From Lachnospiraceae bacterium (GTDB taxonomy: Bacteria; Bacillota; Clostridia; Lachnospirales; Lachnospiraceae): DNA of 64,000 nt. Location of the stretch: positions 5,385 to 69,384 of the forward strand of contig JAILPE010000112.1 of NCBI GenBank assembly GCA_024699645.1, read 5' to 3'. Both the position numbers and the translations under genes were made by a program. How positions within the stretch are numbered: the stretch's first letter is position 1; the number at the start of each line of letters is the position of its first letter. Below the pieces are notes generated by a model, which was not told the DNA's origin, did no database searches, and saw only the letters and a program-made list of their open reading frames with translations. Positions 55,619 through 64,000 of the stretch are shown here, one piece after another.

Positions 55619-56827
55619 ATGAAAAAGATTTTAAAACTTTCATTATTTGCCGTATTAAGCGGTGTGATCATTTTTGTCGGAATAAAACTGGTCGGTTCCG
55701 CCCTTAACAGAATAGAAAAAATATCAAGAGAAAATGAAATGGTTGTCGAGTCCGATGACACTGTATATGCGTCAGACAGTTCGGATCCCATAGAACAAAG
55801 GGTTAACAACCCCAATAACGATGCCAAACCGATTAGTGCAGTCTCATATGAGGATGTATCGGCGATAGTGGATGCTGTAATGCCGGCCGTTGTTTCTATA
55901 GATTGTACGGTTCCTGTTGAAGAATATAATATTTTCGGTGGAATGACGACATACATTCAAAAAACAAGCGGAAGCGGATTCATCGTTTCGCAGAGCAACA
56001 AGCAGTTATTTATCTGTACAAATGAGCACGTGATTAAAGGTGCATCCACAGTATCGATCAGTTTTTGCAACGATTACGTTGCGGACGCAATGGTTGTCGG
56101 ATATGACACAAGCTATGATCTTGCCATCGTCAGTGTTGACATCTCCAAGATCGATAAAAATACACTTTCGGTTATCAAGGTGGCATCGATAGGAAATTCG
56201 GATGACATCAAGATCGGAGACATAAACATTGCGATCGGTAATTCTCTCGGCCACGGACAGGCGGTTACGGTCGGATACATAAGCGCTAAAGACAGAACGA
56301 TAAATGTTGACGGTATACAGTCGAGACCGCTTCTTCAGACAGATGCTGCCATAAATCCCGGAAACAGCGGAGGACCGTTGCTTGATATATACGGCCGCGT
56401 AATCGGTATCAATTGTGCCAAGTATTCGGGAGTGTTGATAGAAGGTATCGGATACGCGATCCCGATCAATAATGTTGTTGCCACGATCAATGAATTGATA
56501 AACAGTTTCAGTATAGCTGAAGGCGAGGAAGGAAGGATCGCTATCCTCGGAAAAGATGTTTCCGAAGGATATTCAAAAGGTTTTTCGATGCCGATGGGAG
56601 TTTATGTTTTCGGTATCGAGGAAGGATCAAGGGCTTCCGAATCGGGACTTATGGTCGGAGATATCATCACTATGGTAAACGGACAGGAAATCCTTTCTTT
56701 CGATTATCTGTCGGAACGCGTGGGACACTATAAAGCAGGTACATCTGTAACACTCACGGTCATGAGACATCAGAAGAATAAATATGTTGAAGTTGAGATA
56801 AACGTGGTGCTTGATACTCTTGAATAA
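55619..56827 (+). CDS. htrA: HtrA/DegP-family serine protease with PDZ domain
   Basis: N-terminal TM anchor, TNEHV His, D in YDLAIV, GNSGGPL Ser, and a C-terminal PDZ domain. Confidence 0.9.
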   Translation: MKKILKLSLFAVLSGVIIFVGIKLVGSALNRIEKISRENEMVVESDDTVYASDSSDPIEQRVNNPNNDAKPISAVSYEDVSAIVDAVMPAVVSIDCTVPVEEYNIFGGMTTYIQKTSGSGFIVSQSNKQLFICTNEHVIKGASTVSISFCNDYVADAMVVGYDTSYDLAIVSVDISKIDKNTLSVIKVASIGNSDDIKIGDINIAIGNSLGHGQAVTVGYISAKDRTINVDGIQSRPLLQTDAAINPGNSGGPLLDIYGRVIGINCAKYSGVLIEGIGYAIPINNVVATINELINSFSIAEGEEGRIAILGKDVSEGYSKGFSMPMGVYVFGIEEGSRASESGLMVGDIITMVNGQEILSFDYLSERVGHYKAGTSVTLTVMRHQKNKYVEVEINVVLDTLE

Positions 56828-56850
56828 ATTAACAACATAATATATACTTT

Positions 56851-56889
56851 TACGGTGTGGGACCATTTTGGTACACACCGTATTTTATT
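56851..56889 (+). terminator. Rho-independent terminator after htrA
   Basis: TACGGTGTG (56851-56859) pairs with CACACCGTA (56874-56882), followed by TTTTATT. Confidence 0.7.
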
Positions 56890-56918
56890 ACATGTATTCG
56901 TGATATACGGAGAATTTG

Positions 56919-57767
56919 ATGCGAAAAGGTAATTTTGAAAAAAAGAAGATTTTTCTTGCTATTACGGCGATTGCGAGTATGATCGTTCTTGGGATCGTGG
57001 TGGCAAAGGTTGTCTCTTATTCCGTCGATATGTATTCCTCGAGAAAAAAAGTGGAGGAACTCAGTGAGAAGATCGGAGAGGCAACGATCTATCTTGATAC
57101 AGATGCCGAGACCGGAAGACCTGTCGCATACAGGAGCGTTGAAAAGGAAGAAGACAAGGTTGAAACGGAGAAACCGAAGACTGTCAGTGAAAAATATAAG
57201 GAACTGTACGATCTGAACAGCGATCTGGCCGGTTGGATAAGCATTGAGGATACAAGAGTCAATCTTCCCGTTATGCAGACGGTTTTTGATGAACAATTTT
57301 ACCTTGACAAGAATTTTGATAAAGAAGAGGACAGAGCAGGTCTGCCGTTTATTGATTACAGGTGTGATATTAACGACAGGAGCACAAATATCATCATATA
57401 CGGTCATAATATGAAAAACGGTGATATGTTCCATGACCTTTTGCTTTATGATGATAAAAAATTCTTTGAAGATCACCGGTATATCAGGTTTGATACGATA
57501 TACGAAGAAGCAATATACGAGATAGTCGCTGTTTTCAGATCAAAAGTCATGTATATGACGGATGATTCGTTCAAATTTTATAATTTTATAGAAGCTGACG
57601 ACTCAGAGGATCTTACGGATTATCTTGATACAATAAAAGGGATGAGCCTGTATCCCATAGAAGTTTCGGAAGGACTGAGCGATGAACTGATAACACTTTC
57701 AACCTGTGAGTATTCCGAAGAAGACGGCAGGTTTGTTGTAGTTGCAAGAAGAGTTGAAACAAAGTAA
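56919..57767 (+). CDS. srtB: Class B sortase
   Basis: N-terminal TM helix, IIIYGHNMKNGDMF (His) and TLSTCEY (Cys). Confidence 0.85.
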   Translation: MRKGNFEKKKIFLAITAIASMIVLGIVVAKVVSYSVDMYSSRKKVEELSEKIGEATIYLDTDAETGRPVAYRSVEKEEDKVETEKPKTVSEKYKELYDLNSDLAGWISIEDTRVNLPVMQTVFDEQFYLDKNFDKEEDRAGLPFIDYRCDINDRSTNIIIYGHNMKNGDMFHDLLLYDDKKFFEDHRYIRFDTIYEEAIYEIVAVFRSKVMYMTDDSFKFYNFIEADDSEDLTDYLDTIKGMSLYPIEVSEGLSDELITLSTCEYSEEDGRFVVVARRVETK

Positions 57768-57796
57768 AGAATTTTGAAAGAGTTGAAAGAGCATAA
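57749..57796. repeat. Direct duplication, period 29 bp, of the srtB 3' end
   Basis: AAGAGTTGAAA occurs at 57749-57759 and 57778-57788. Both copies end in ..TAA 6 nt later. Confidence 0.65.
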
Positions 57797-57847
57797 ATTC
57801 AAAAAGTGCTCAAACAAAGCAGAAGATGATTGTGAGGAGATGGGAAG

Positions 57848-58783
57848 ATGGATAAAAACAGATCGATCGATCACGGTAGACCGGCATTGATAAAAACTAT
57901 CGCTGTATTTTGCCTTGCAACAGCCGTGTTTTTTGCGGGTATCCCTTCAACAGGATTATATGCGGGTGTAAAGATCGCTTTTAACGATGAAGAATACAAT
58001 ATATATACAGAAGATTATCCTGATCTTATCTCCGACAATATATACGCTAAGTTTACTACATCCGTTTCGGATCCGGATTCATATAAGCTAAGTTTCCTGA
58101 GCGATGATGCGATCGATCCTTTTACAAGCGCGCTTAAAAAGAAAAACATCAAGTATGGAGAAGATTATGTTACGGCATTTAATATCAAGATGCTTCAGGA
58201 AACCGATGATGACGACAAAGAAGTATACAAGAGCGCGACAGTTTATATCCCGCTCCCCGATGATGCCCAGGAATATCCCGATAATTGTACTTTCTACAAA
58301 TTGTCGGGGTCTACACTGTCGGTAGTTCCGACAAGGGTGTATACGGATGACGAAGATATCAATTATGTTCAGTTGATACTCAGCGGAAAGGCAGAGTATT
58401 CTCCTGTTTACGGTTTTGTATTCGCAGATCCGGAAGACATGCAGGAAGAGGAAGAAGAGGAAGAAGAGGAAGAAGAGGAAGAAGAAGACGAAGAGGAGGA
58501 TGCAACACCGACTCCGACTAAAGCCACGGCAACCAAAGCTCCGACCAAAGCCCCGACCAAAGCCACGGCAACCAAAACTCCCACCAAAGCATCTTCAAAT
58601 ACGGGCTCGAAGACCACACCGGCAAGAAAAGATAACAGCCCCAAAACCGGAGATGAGATGAATTTTGTGATGCTCGGCTTTACCGGTGCAGGCGCTGCGG
58701 GAGTGCTTGTTACTTCGGTCGTTTTATGGGCAAAATCAAAAAAGAAAAACAATAAAGCTGATGAGGAAAGCAATGATAGATAA
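57848..58783 (+). CDS. Cell-wall-anchored surface protein with an SPKTG (sortase B-type) sorting signal, a poly-Glu run and TKAPTKATA repeats
   Basis: It has a signal peptide and an E-rich run (about 21 consecutive E, then DEEED). It also has (A/P)TKA repeats, then SPKTG followed by a hydrophobic helix and a KSKKKNNK tail. Confidence 0.8.
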   Translation: MDKNRSIDHGRPALIKTIAVFCLATAVFFAGIPSTGLYAGVKIAFNDEEYNIYTEDYPDLISDNIYAKFTTSVSDPDSYKLSFLSDDAIDPFTSALKKKNIKYGEDYVTAFNIKMLQETDDDDKEVYKSATVYIPLPDDAQEYPDNCTFYKLSGSTLSVVPTRVYTDDEDINYVQLILSGKAEYSPVYGFVFADPEDMQEEEEEEEEEEEEEEDEEEDATPTPTKATATKAPTKAPTKATATKTPTKASSNTGSKTTPARKDNSPKTGDEMNFVMLGFTGAGAAGVLVTSVVLWAKSKKKNNKADEESNDR

Positions 58784-59342
58784 AGATAAAGTAAAAAAAG
58801 CCGTTGAAATGCTTATTGAGGCTATCGGTGAAAATTCGGAGCGTGACGGCTTGAAAGATACTCCGGACAGAGTCGCGAGAATGTACGAAGAGATTTTTTT
58901 CGGATATGAAGACGACGCATCCGAAAGACTATCACGACAATTTGAGATCGACGGGACAGGAGCGACGAACGGTATAGTCATTGAAAAAGATATTACGTTT
59001 TATTCGATGTGCGAACACCATATGTTACCGTTTTTCGGGAAAGTGCATATTGCCTATATTCCCGATAAGAAGATCGTCGGACTCAGTAAATTGGCAAGAA
59101 CCGTTGAAGTTTTTGCAAGAAGACTTCAGGTACAGGAAAGATTTACAAATCAGATAGCCGAAGCGATCGAAAAGGAGATCAAGGCCAAAGGTGTTATGGT
59201 AATCGCCTCTGCAGAACACACTTGTATGACGATGAGAGGCGTTAAAAAACCGGGAACACAGACCATAACCGTTTGCTCAAGAGGTCTGTTTGAAAAAGAT
59301 GCCGAGCTTAGGAGGCAGGTTTTGAGTCTTATCGGAACCTGA
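58773..59342 (+). CDS. folE: GTP cyclohydrolase I
   Basis: [12 protein letters not shown] and CEHHMLPF motifs. The start overlaps the upstream gene by 11 nt. Confidence 0.95.
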   Translation: MIDKDKVKKAVEMLIEAIGENSERDGLKDTPDRVARMYEEIFFGYEDDASERLSRQFEIDGTGATNGIVIEKDITFYSMCEHHMLPFFGKVHIAYIPDKKIVGLSKLARTVEVFARRLQVQERFTNQIAEAIEKEIKAKGVMVIASAEHTCMTMRGVKKPGTQTITVCSRGLFEKDAELRRQVLSLIGT

Positions 59343-59344
59343 TA

Positions 59345-60160
59345 ATGATGAATTTGAATATAAGAGACAGATTATTTGAAACTGAAAAGCATACATACAT
59401 TTATGCGATCCTTAATGTTACTCCGGATTCGTTTTCGGACGGGGGGAAATCGTATAAAACGTGCGATGCGGTTGAAAATGCGAAAAGGCTTATAGACAGC
59501 GGAGCCGATATCCTCGACATAGGCGGAGAATCGACGAGACCGGGCTTTACTGAGGTTGATGAAGTTGAAGAAGCCGAAAGAGTTGTCCCTGTTATCGAAG
59601 AGATAAGAAGATTTTCCGACATACCGATAAGCATAGACACGAGAAAGGCGTATGTAGCAAGGGCTGCGGTTATCGCCGGAGCAGATATAATAAACGATGT
59701 AAGCGGACTGCGTTTTGACAGTGAGATGGGTAAGGTTATCGCCTCGACCGGGTCTTTTTGCTGTCTGATGCATGACGGGAGATTCTTTGAAAAGAAAGAT
59801 CCCTATATCGACGGCGTTGTCTCTGATCTTCTGGAGATAGTAAAAGATGCGACAAAATCAGGAATCGCGCGGGAAAAAATAATACTTGATCCCGGGGTGG
59901 GCTTCGGAAAGAATAAAGACGAGAACCTCGAGATCATCAGGGAAATAAAAAGATTTACAACATTAGGGTTCCCTGTTTTACTCGGTTGTTCGAGAAAATC
60001 CGTTATCGGGGCCGTTACGGGACTCAACGTTAATGAAAGACTTGAAGGAACTCTTGCTACAACGGCTATGGCCGTTATGTCGGGAGTGACGTTCGTAAGA
60101 GTACATGATGCAATGGAAAATGCAAGATTTGTGACTATGATGGAAGCAATACGCGGTTAG
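59345..60160 (+). CDS. folP: Dihydropteroate synthase
   Basis: ILNVTPDSFSDGG, DIGGESTRPG and RVHD motifs. Confidence 0.9.
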   Translation: MMNLNIRDRLFETEKHTYIYAILNVTPDSFSDGGKSYKTCDAVENAKRLIDSGADILDIGGESTRPGFTEVDEVEEAERVVPVIEEIRRFSDIPISIDTRKAYVARAAVIAGADIINDVSGLRFDSEMGKVIASTGSFCCLMHDGRFFEKKDPYIDGVVSDLLEIVKDATKSGIAREKIILDPGVGFGKNKDENLEIIREIKRFTTLGFPVLLGCSRKSVIGAVTGLNVNERLEGTLATTAMAVMSGVTFVRVHDAMENARFVTMMEAIRG

Positions 60161-60250
60161 TGTGTTGCCGAAACATCATGCAAAGAAGAATATAAAAAGT
60201 ACAGAACGGAGTACCAAGATAAGCATTAAGGTAAATAAAAAGGAGTATTG

Positions 60251-61090
60251 ATGGACAGGATTCATATTGAAAAGCTTGAAGTTTTCGCCAGGCACGGTGT
60301 CTGCAGAGAGGAAAACTCTCTCGGGCAAAAATTCCTGATCTCGGCAGATCTTTATAAGGATCTTCATGAGGCGGGAAAAACGGATGAACTTACGGCGACG
60401 GTCCATTACGGTAAAGTTTGTGAGTTTATTACGAAGATCGCCAGTGAGAACACATATAAACTCATAGAAAAGCTTGCGGAAGAAATCGCAAATAAAATTT
60501 TGATCAAGTTTGGAGTGGATAGGGTCAAGATCAGGGTTGACAAACCCTGGGCACCGATGTTACTTCATGTTGATACTGTTTTTGTCGAAGTCGAAAGACA
60601 ATGGCATACGGCATATATATCGATCGGATCCAATCTCGGAGACCGGGAAAGCATCATAAACGGTGCTGTCTCGAGGATTGGTTCACTTGAGGAAATCAGA
60701 GTGAGTGCGGTCTCGGATATAATTGAGACCAAACCGTACGGAGTTACCGATCAGCCTGATTTCTTAAACGGTTGTCTTGAGATCAGGACATTGCTGCGCC
60801 CTTACGAGCTTTTGGCAGAGCTGCTTCTCATTGAGGCGTCTTTCGGACGAGAAAGAAAAGAACATTGGGGACCGAGAACTCTCGATCTTGACATATTGTT
60901 CTACGACAATCAGTGCATCTTGTCTCATGACCTGGTGATACCCCATCCGGACATGATAAACAGAGAATTTGTTCTCAAACCACTCAGCCAGATCGCACCT
61001 TACTTTATTCACCCTGTTTTGGGTGAACCTGTATATGAGCTTTTGGCAAAACTTGAAAAAAAGACTCCCGATGGGGTCACAAAACAATAA
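60251..61090 (+). CDS. folBK: Bifunctional dihydroneopterin aldolase / hydroxymethyldihydropterin pyrophosphokinase
   Basis: The N-terminal FolB fold has IHIEKLEVFARHGV...GQKF. The C-terminal HPPK part has YISIGSNLGD, RTLDLDIL and PHPDMINREFVLKPL. Confidence 0.9.
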   Translation: MDRIHIEKLEVFARHGVCREENSLGQKFLISADLYKDLHEAGKTDELTATVHYGKVCEFITKIASENTYKLIEKLAEEIANKILIKFGVDRVKIRVDKPWAPMLLHVDTVFVEVERQWHTAYISIGSNLGDRESIINGAVSRIGSLEEIRVSAVSDIIETKPYGVTDQPDFLNGCLEIRTLLRPYELLAELLLIEASFGRERKEHWGPRTLDLDILFYDNQCILSHDLVIPHPDMINREFVLKPLSQIAPYFIHPVLGEPVYELLAKLEKKTPDGVTKQ

Positions 61091-61113
61091 TATTTTACAC
61101 AAGGAGAAAGATC

Positions 61114-61734
61114 ATGGTTGTTAGGAGTGTAACGGATGCCGCATTCAAGAAATACGGCAAGGTAGTTGAAGGCATCGATTGTTCGGATCTTCTGAAAGTT
61201 CTTTCGGGAAAGCCGATGCCTGCCGACAGTGTTGTCTATGTAGCTTCGGATAAGGATCTTGAGGCAACGAAGGGAGCAAAAGAATTCGAAAAGAATTTCT
61301 ACGGCGGACTTCCGATACAAATCGGATACTGTAACGGAAACAATAAACTTTTGAATGCGGTTGAATACCACAGATGCAGTGAGGTTAATATCGCACTTTA
61401 TGATTCAATACTGCTTATCGGAGATCAGCGTGATATCGAAGATGATTTTACTTATGACACATCAAAGATCGAGGCTTTCAAGGTTCCCGCAGGTGTAGCC
61501 GTTGAGTTATATGCAACGACACTCCATTATGCACCTTGCACGGGTGAAGGAAACGGTTTCAGAGTGATCGTTATACTTCCTCGCGGAACAAATGCCGATT
61601 TTACGGCTCGTCCCGAGGGAACTCCCGAGGACAAGCTCCTTATGGCAGAGAACAAATGGCTTATCGCACATAAGGACGGAGGTCAGGATCCCAAGGCTTT
61701 CATAGGCCTTAAAGGAGTAAATGTTTCTATCTGA
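61114..61734 (+). CDS. DUF4867-like cupin protein (ureidoglycolate-lyase-like fold), function unknown
   Basis: The 206-aa product resembles proteins I recall as DUF4867, encoded next to sugar kinase/isomerase genes. The family name is from memory only. Confidence 0.45.
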   Translation: MVVRSVTDAAFKKYGKVVEGIDCSDLLKVLSGKPMPADSVVYVASDKDLEATKGAKEFEKNFYGGLPIQIGYCNGNNKLLNAVEYHRCSEVNIALYDSILLIGDQRDIEDDFTYDTSKIEAFKVPAGVAVELYATTLHYAPCTGEGNGFRVIVILPRGTNADFTARPEGTPEDKLLMAENKWLIAHKDGGQDPKAFIGLKGVNVSI

Positions 61735-61846
61735 AATCAAGAATGCCGGCTCACTTTATGAAGCATCGGTTCTGCATAGGGGATAGCGGGGCATCATGAT
61801 GAAGAATAAATTAGCGTCGGAATAAAGACGCGGAATGGAGTGCTTT

Positions 61847-63322
61847 ATGTTATATATCGGTGTCGATCTCGGTACATCGGCAGTTAAGCTTCTGCTTATG
61901 GAAGGAAACGGCAAAATCAAGAAGATCGTTTCAAAGGAGTATCCTCTTTACTTTCCTAATCCCGGATGGTCGGAACAGAAACCTCAGGATTGGTGGAACG
62001 GAGTTAAAGAGGGAATTAAGGAACTTACGAGTGATTGCAATAAATCGGAAGTTGCCGGAATCAGTTTCGGCGGACAGATGCACGGACTTGTAATTCTTGA
62101 TGAAAATGATGAGGTTATTCGTCCCGCGATACTTTGGAATGACGGACGTACTCAAAAAGAGACAGATTTCTTAAACAATGCGATCGGAACGGATAAGATA
62201 TCTGCTTACACTGCAAATATCGCATTCGCCGGATTTACGGCACCCAAGATCCTTTGGGTTCGTGACAATGAACCCGGGAATTTCAAGAAGATCTGCAAGA
62301 TAATGCTTCCTAAGGACTATATCGCATATAAGCTTTCGGGTGTATTCTGCACCGATGTTTCGGATGCTTCGGGAATGCTCCTGCTTGATGTAAAGAATCG
62401 TAAGTGGTCCAAAGAGATGCTTGATATCTGCTCAATAGAGGAACATATGCTTCCTAAGCTCTTTGAAAGCTACGAAACAGTCGGAACTATCCTTCCTTCC
62501 ATAGCTAAAGAGCTCGGACTCCCCGAGAGCGTAAAGATAGTTGCCGGTGCCGGCGACAATGCTGCAGCAGCAGTCGGAACAGGTACAGTCGGAGACGGTC
62601 GTTGCAATATTTCACTCGGAACTTCGGGTACTGTATTCATTTCAAGTAAGAATTACAGCGAAAACGATAACAATGCCATTCATTACTTTGATCATGCCGA
62701 CGGATGTTATCATCTTATGGGATGTATGCTTTCGGCTGCATCATGCAATAAGTGGTTTATGGATGAGATAATCAAGACAAAGGATTATGCAGGAGAGCAG
62801 AAAGGTATTACGGATGATATGCTCGGCAATAACAGAGTATTCTTCCTCCCTTACCTTATGGGCGAGCGTTCACCTCATAACAATCCCGATGCGAGAGGTG
62901 CATTCATCGGTATGTCAATGGATACCACAAGAGAAGATATGACTCTTGCCGTTCTTGAAGGTGTTGCATTCGGACTCAGAGATTCGGTAGAAGTTGCAAG
63001 AAAGCTTGGCATCAAGCTTGAACGCACAAAGATCTGCGGAGGTGGAGCGAAATCACCTCTTTGGAGAAAGATCATCGCCAATGTTATGAATCTTAAGGTT
63101 GATATTATCGAATCCGAAGAAGGTCCCGCGCTCGGCGGTGCAATGCTTGCTGCGGTTGCATGCGGAGAATATGCAAGCGTTACCGAAGCAGCCGAGAAGA
63201 TCGTAAAGGTTGTTGAAACGATTGAGCCGGATCCTGAGATCGCAGCCAGATATGAAAAGAAATATCGTTGCTTTGTTGACATTTACCCCGCACTCAAAGA
63301 TATATACAGCGAGATCAAATAA
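61847..63322 (+). CDS. xylB: FGGY-family carbohydrate kinase, xylulokinase-like
   Basis: IGVDLGTSAVK, GGQMHG and GAGDNAAAAVG motifs. Confidence 0.8.
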   Translation: MLYIGVDLGTSAVKLLLMEGNGKIKKIVSKEYPLYFPNPGWSEQKPQDWWNGVKEGIKELTSDCNKSEVAGISFGGQMHGLVILDENDEVIRPAILWNDGRTQKETDFLNNAIGTDKISAYTANIAFAGFTAPKILWVRDNEPGNFKKICKIMLPKDYIAYKLSGVFCTDVSDASGMLLLDVKNRKWSKEMLDICSIEEHMLPKLFESYETVGTILPSIAKELGLPESVKIVAGAGDNAAAAVGTGTVGDGRCNISLGTSGTVFISSKNYSENDNNAIHYFDHADGCYHLMGCMLSAASCNKWFMDEIIKTKDYAGEQKGITDDMLGNNRVFFLPYLMGERSPHNNPDARGAFIGMSMDTTREDMTLAVLEGVAFGLRDSVEVARKLGIKLERTKICGGGAKSPLWRKIIANVMNLKVDIIESEEGPALGGAMLAAVACGEYASVTEAAEKIVKVVETIEPDPEIAARYEKKYRCFVDIYPALKDIYSEIK

Positions 63323-63397
63323 TATCTGACGTAACAATGTGTACTCGGTGTCTATATGATACCCTTACAATAAAAATCACACACAAGGAGAAAAAAA

Positions 63398-64000
63398 ATG
63401 ACTAATCTACCCCAGGTCAAAATCGGTATTGTTGCTGTAAGCCGTGATTGTTTCCCTGAGAGCCTTTCTGTAAACAGAAGAAAAGCTCTTGTAAAAGCTT
63501 ACACCGACAAGTATGGTGCAGCAGATATTTATGAATGCCCCATATGTATTGTAGAGAGCGAGATCCATATGGTTCAGGCTCTTGATGACATTAAGAAAGC
63601 AGGATGTAACGCACTTTGTGTATACCTCGGAAACTTCGGTCCCGAGATTTCTGAGACTCTTCTTGCAAAACACTTTGACGGACCTTCAATGTTCGTAGCA
63701 GCAGCAGAGGAGAGCCAGGCTGATCTTATGGACGGCCGTGGAGATGCATATTGCGGAATGCTTAATGCAAGCTATAACCTTAAACTCAGAAATATCAAAG
63801 CTTATATACCCGAGTATCCTGTAGGAACAGCATGTGAATGTGCCGATATGATCAATGAGTTCGTTCCGATCGCTCGCGCTATCATCGGACTTTCGGATCT
63901 CAAGATCATTTCGTTTGGTCCCAGACCTCTCAATTTCCTTGCTTGTAATGCACCCATTAAGCAGCTTTACAATCTCGGTGTTGAAATCGAAGAGAATTCG
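63398..64000 (+). CDS. L-fucose/L-arabinose isomerase-family protein; 3' end cut by the window edge
   Basis: This ORF is absent from the ORF track because it has no stop codon within the window. My own translation reads MTNLPQVKIGIVAVSRDCFP...GRGDAYCGMLNASYNL...FGPRP. RBS AAGGAG. Confidence 0.7.
   Translation, partial: MTNLPQVKIGIVAVSRDCFPESLSVNRRKALVKAYTDKYGAADIYECPICIVESEIHMVQALDDIKKAGCNALCVYLGNFGPEISETLLAKHFDGPSMFVAAAEESQADLMDGRGDAYCGMLNASYNLKLRNIKAYIPEYPVGTACECADMINEFVPIARAIIGLSDLKIISFGPRPLNFLACNAPIKQLYNLGVEIEENS

Noticed and set aside
58416-58661. 81-aa K/R-rich ORF, and the 121-aa minus-strand ORF at 58408-58773
   Set aside because: They are alternative-frame readings of the (GAAGAG)n and TKAP-repeat DNA inside the surface-protein gene.

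Overview
This is a 64 kb chromosomal window from an anaerobic Firmicute. The Clostridia-like assignment rests on gene content: GerW/YtfJ and YtfI sporulation genes, a class B sortase with an SPKTG substrate, desulfoferrodoxin and flavodoxin. About 59 protein genes are packed tightly, mostly on the + strand, plus one tRNA-Arg(CCG). I recognised no rRNA, CRISPR array, integrase, transposase or prophage genes.

Gene content in order:
- 1-6 kb: metal-related genes. These are a NifX-like protein with a His/Cys tail, a DUF362 Fe-S protein, a Fur/Zur-like repressor, a COG0523 GTPase and a truncated MocR regulator.
- 6-10 kb: flavodoxin plus a heterodimeric ABC exporter.
- 10-13 kb: a GNAT gene, then an LPLAT acyltransferase and a GT4 glycosyltransferase (lipid/glycolipid genes).
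- 13-19.6 kb: a seven-gene shikimate/tyrosine operon, aroF-tyrA-aroB-aroA-aroC-aroE-aroQ, with no aroK.
- 19.9-29.6 kb: Fe-alcohol dehydrogenase, thiamine diphosphokinase, adenosine deaminase-like protein, YhaO/YhaN (SbcCD-like) pair, GH43 and a MATE exporter.
- 29.6-30.7 kb: a low-GC orphan stretch ending at the tRNA.
- 33.5-36.2 kb: a 924-aa Tet(M)/EF-G-like GTPase fused to a Rae1/YacP-type NYN nuclease.
- 36-48 kb: a second ABC exporter pair, desulfoferrodoxin, cysteine desulfurase, PHP phosphatase, RqcH and ABC-2 permeases.
- 48-54.5 kb: two unknown proteins (48.3-50.1 kb), ytfI/ytfJ, rpmB-asp23-DAK2 and a CheY-like receiver.
- 54.5-64 kb: SH3b protein, HtrA, SrtB plus substrate, folE-folP-folBK and a pentose/fucose-type sugar cluster.

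Two observations stand out:
1. The translational-GTPase/A-site-nuclease fusion.
2. A very high density of locus-specific short tandem duplications with periods of about 20-68 bp. They sit at gene boundaries and often span stop codons.

All calls come from reading the translations and the DNA by eye. No database search was run.
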